From positions 1,240,001 through 1,304,000 of the forward strand of contig NC_043026.1 in assembly GCF_006345805.1 (NCBI RefSeq): a stretch of DNA of 64,000 bases. Direction: 5' to 3'. The notes under the pieces were generated by a model. It made no database searches. It was not told where the DNA came from and was given only the letters and a program-made list of their open reading frames with translations. The DNA comes from Octopus sinensis. Taxonomy: Eukaryota. Position numbers and translations under genes: made by a program. Shown piece after piece: positions 60,255 to 64,000 of this stretch (positions within the stretch are counted from its first letter, which is position 1; each line of letters opens with the position of its first letter).

Positions 60255-61399
60255 ATTTTATTTATTACACACAAATAAACGACCATATTTTATTAACCCA
60301 ATAACTAAATTCTTCACGTTTAGTTGTAACTTATGAATGACAAAAGTAGTGCCGCCACCGTGACCTCAGGTCATCACCATGGATTGACCAATCAGAGGCA
60401 GCGCTGTCACTGTGACCTCGGGTCATCACCATGGATTGACCAATCAGAAGCAGTGCTCACAGTATCTGACATATGTTAGATACCAAAAATATCTCGAAGT
60501 GTTCTCACTGACATGTGTGTAATAAATACATATACATCATTCACCTATGGTAGTAGTTGAATAATATTCTTAAGGCCGCAATTTACTCACACACAGCAGC
60601 AGCTTTCAGAGCTTGTTGCTAATTCAGTTCTTAACTTAATTGAAAACTGTTAACATTTTGGAAGAGGACTGGTCCCTAGCTACATTTTGGCATAAAAAAA
60701 ATTGAGATTTGATCCTGTAGAAAAAAGTTTACATCAAAATTTGTAACAACATTATAGGAGAGTAAGTAACATCACCAGTCAAGTCTAATAACTTTTTTAA
60801 TTTCAAAAGCAAAATATATTTATCTTAACTTCAATGACAGAAGAAAGCATGAAGAATTTCATAGTTTTGGTCCCCTGCAACAAAAATTTGTATCAAAAAT
60901 GAAAAAATATATAAGGCAAAAAATTGGATTTAAGTATAATTAACTTTTTTATATTAAAAACAAACTATATTTTAATTAAGCTTAAATGATAGAGTTCAAT
61001 TCGCGGAATTCAATCTCATGCAATCAAGTTTTAAGAGAAAAAGTTATGTTTGCTTCTCAAATTTGAGGATGATGATATAGCTCAGTACCTTTTTATGAAT
61101 ATAGTTTTAGGGGACTTTAAAAAAATTATCAATGACACCACTAATTGACATATTATTATTTAGCATAGTAGCATAACCTGGAAAATACATGGATTACATG
61201 GAAAAATGTGAGTAATAGAAATAATATTCTTAAGATTATAAACCTGGAAAATTACAGGACAAGTTTTTACACTTGGAAAAGTTCAGGACAACTTATTAAA
61301 TCTGGTAAAGTACAGAACAAGAAAATTTTTACTTAAAATATTGCAGCTGAGGGTGACATTTGAATATTAAAAATTATTTGATATTAATTTGCAAAGTAA

Positions 61400-62125
61400 C
61401 ATTATAATTAAAAAAAGGCACCATCATTTTGTTAAAATATTTACACACTAGAATACTTAAAAATGAGAGATGAAAATCAGACATTGGAAATTGATACTTT
61501 GGAAAAAGCATTACCAGTTAAGACAAAGGAAGAAGAAAAGAATGGCAGATGAGTTTGTTAATGATGAAGAAAGTTCCTCTGATTCTTTAGCTGATTTTCA
61601 AGTAAATGTGTTTAACCTAATAATGGATTGCATTGTCAAGTCAGTAGAATCAAAATTTGTACAGTACAAACAGTTGTATAAAGATTTATCATGTTTGGAC
61701 CCAGCTAGGTTAAAAACTATTGCAGAGAAAGGGCCTTGCAAGGTATTATTAAGTTGTTTCCACAAATCAGCAAAGATTAAGTAAAATTGAAATTTTCTTT
61801 TGCTTCAAACTTTGATGTATTAAAGCTATTTCTTGACAGGTGCAACAACTATAAAATTTGCAGCACTTGTCCATCATGTCTACTAAAAATTCTGGCATCC
61901 AACGGACTTTACGACAAGGCATATGGTAACTTTTATGAACTTTATAAAGTCATCTGCACAATGTGAGAGAACGTTTTCAAAGGATAAGAATTCGTTGTCT
62001 GATGAGAACTTGGAAGCATACATGTTGCTATCCATTGAAAATGAATTGTTAGATGAACTGGATACTGAAGCAATTATTGACAGACTTGCATAATCATTTA
62101 ATGAACTCAAATGATTGCGCTTAGT
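61400..62125 (+). mobile_element. hAT transposase C-terminal (dimerisation domain) remnant
   Basis: SSAQCERTFSK...LSDENLEAYMLLSIENELLDELDTEAIIDRLA, with upstream FQVNVFNLIMD...LSCLDP. Confidence 0.82.
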
Positions 62126-62849
62126 AAAGTGGACTGTATGTAATTCAAGCTTTGTACATTTGAACTATCTGTTAATGTGTAAAGTGTACAATACAAGTAA
62201 ACTATTTTAAAATATCCACTAATTATTTAAAACTTTAAAAAATTGGTATATGTTATACTGCTATTTTGAAAATGTCATAAGGGTTTTATAAAAAAAAGTA
62301 AGGGCAAGAGTAGGAAAAAAAGAATAATAGAAGGAAGTAAAATATTAGCAGTAGAAGAAATCAAAATCATGTAAATTTATCCTTTATTTTTAGATAGGCT
62401 GGAGCAATTGAAGCGGTGGTGATAGAATATTTGCCATATGTATGTTTAATTAAAAACAATATATGAACAAGTTGGTTGAAAGAAATCACTTTCGTAAAAT
62501 GTTGTATATGTAAGAAGACGTGGTATTGGCTGCAATGCTGTGATTCTCATAAGAAAACACAACTATCTTTTTAACAATAAAGTCTTCATTAATAATAATG
62601 AAATTGATTTATAGATTTATTGGTCATTATTTTCAGTTTGGTTAAAAATTTTCAAAATAACAATATATTAAATACTCACCAAAACATTTGTTTAAAAATG
62701 CATTCTGAATTTACAATCTGTATACTGCCAAAATGTATACAGTACATATACATTGTAATTATTGAAAAATGTACATTTTTTTCACAAACATTTGAATTGC
62801 ACCTTTTTGTTTCCATTTATGTATTTTTTGAAAATTTTATTTATTCATT

Positions 62850-63628
62850 CATCATCATCATCCTCATCATCATCGTTTAGCGTCTGTTTTCCATGCTAGC
62901 ATGGGTTGGACGGTTCTACTGGGGTCTGTGAAGTCAGAAGGCTTCATCAGGCCCAGTCAAATCTGGCAGTGTTTCTACGGCTGGATGCCCTTCCTAACGC
63001 CAACCACTCCGTGAGTGTAGTGGGTGCTTTTTACGTGCCACCCGCACAGGTGCCAGACAGAGCTGGCAAACGGCCACGAACGGATGGTGCTTTTTACGTG
63101 CCACCGGCACGAGGCCAGTCGGGGTGGTGCTGGCAACGGTCGCGAAACGGAAGGTTCTCTTACATGCCACCGGCACTGGTAACACATCTGCAATTTCCAT
63201 TGATCGATTTCGATTCTGATCCTCACTTGCCTCAACGGGTCTTCACAAGTAGAGTTTCGACATGCCACCGGCACTGGTAACACATCTGCAATTTCCATTG
63301 ATCGATTTCGATTCTGATCCTCACTTGCCTCAACAGGTCTTCACAAGTAGAGTTTTGTGTCCCAAGAAGGGAAGGTATGCATACATAGGCTGGCTCCATC
63401 CCATGTAGAAGGCCATGGGTTATAGACTCACTTGTCCTGCCGGGTCTTCTCGCGCACAGCACACTTCCAGAGGTCCCGGTCTCTAGTCATTTCCTCAGTG
63501 AGACCTAAAGTTCGAAGGTCATGCTTCACCACCTCGTCCCAGGTTTTCCTGGGTCTGCCTCTTCCGCAGGTTCCCTCAACCGCTAGGGTGTGGCACTTTT
63601 TCACACAACTATCTTCATCCATTCTCAT
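62850..63628 (-). mobile_element. RTE-X LINE 3' fragment with internal duplication of about 100 bp
   Basis: GRGRPRKTWDEVVKHDLR C-terminus, 3' UTR and (GAT)n tail; duplicated segment at 63162-63257 and 63261-63356. Confidence 0.9.
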
Positions 63629-64000
63629 TATAAAAATTAAATGATAGCATTGAACTAAGGTGGGATCCCTTAGTCTCCTGGCAACCAATATTTTTAGACC
63701 CAGTCAGTCACTGGATGAAACCATAGTATTCTATGATCTGACGAGCTAGCCTTCTTTACCTGTATTACCTTTGTAAATTGTACAATAGTACTTTATAATT
63801 TATAACATATACACTAATACAGACATGTAAAATAATTTATTATTAACTAAAATAAACATTTTTCAATAATATTGGCTGCAAAACAATTGTAATCTTATAG
63901 ATATTAACTAATGAAATCGCTATATTCATCTCATACCTCCTGACTTTCTTTATAATGTATATATACGTGTGTTGTGAGTGTGTGTGTGAAGGCACATGGT

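Overview
AT-rich, repeat-dense animal genomic DNA. The SINE families and (TA)n/(GAT)n microsatellites resemble octopus/cephalopod DNA, which is an inference and was not checked by search. One host gene is supported: a centrin-3 (CETN3) orthologue on the + strand, with five coding exons between 2174 and 28767. Its first coding exon (about 6 codons) was not found. The rest is mostly decayed transposable elements: RTE-X and RTE/BovB-like LINEs, a CR1/L2-like LINE, Penelope-like (PLE) RT and GIY-YIG remnants, two Gypsy remnants, hAT, mariner, Merlin and Helitron pieces, tRNA-derived SINEs, tandem arrays and long microsatellites. The most striking unannotated signal is a set of type I hammerhead ribozyme motifs. 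Two of them (54001-54065 and 59819-59879) are diverged relatives with covarying stems, an unusual C.A at the base of stem II, and the same fold-back (inverted-arm) architecture. This points to a non-autonomous ribozyme-carrying retroelement family. All structures were folded by eye and none has been tested for activity.
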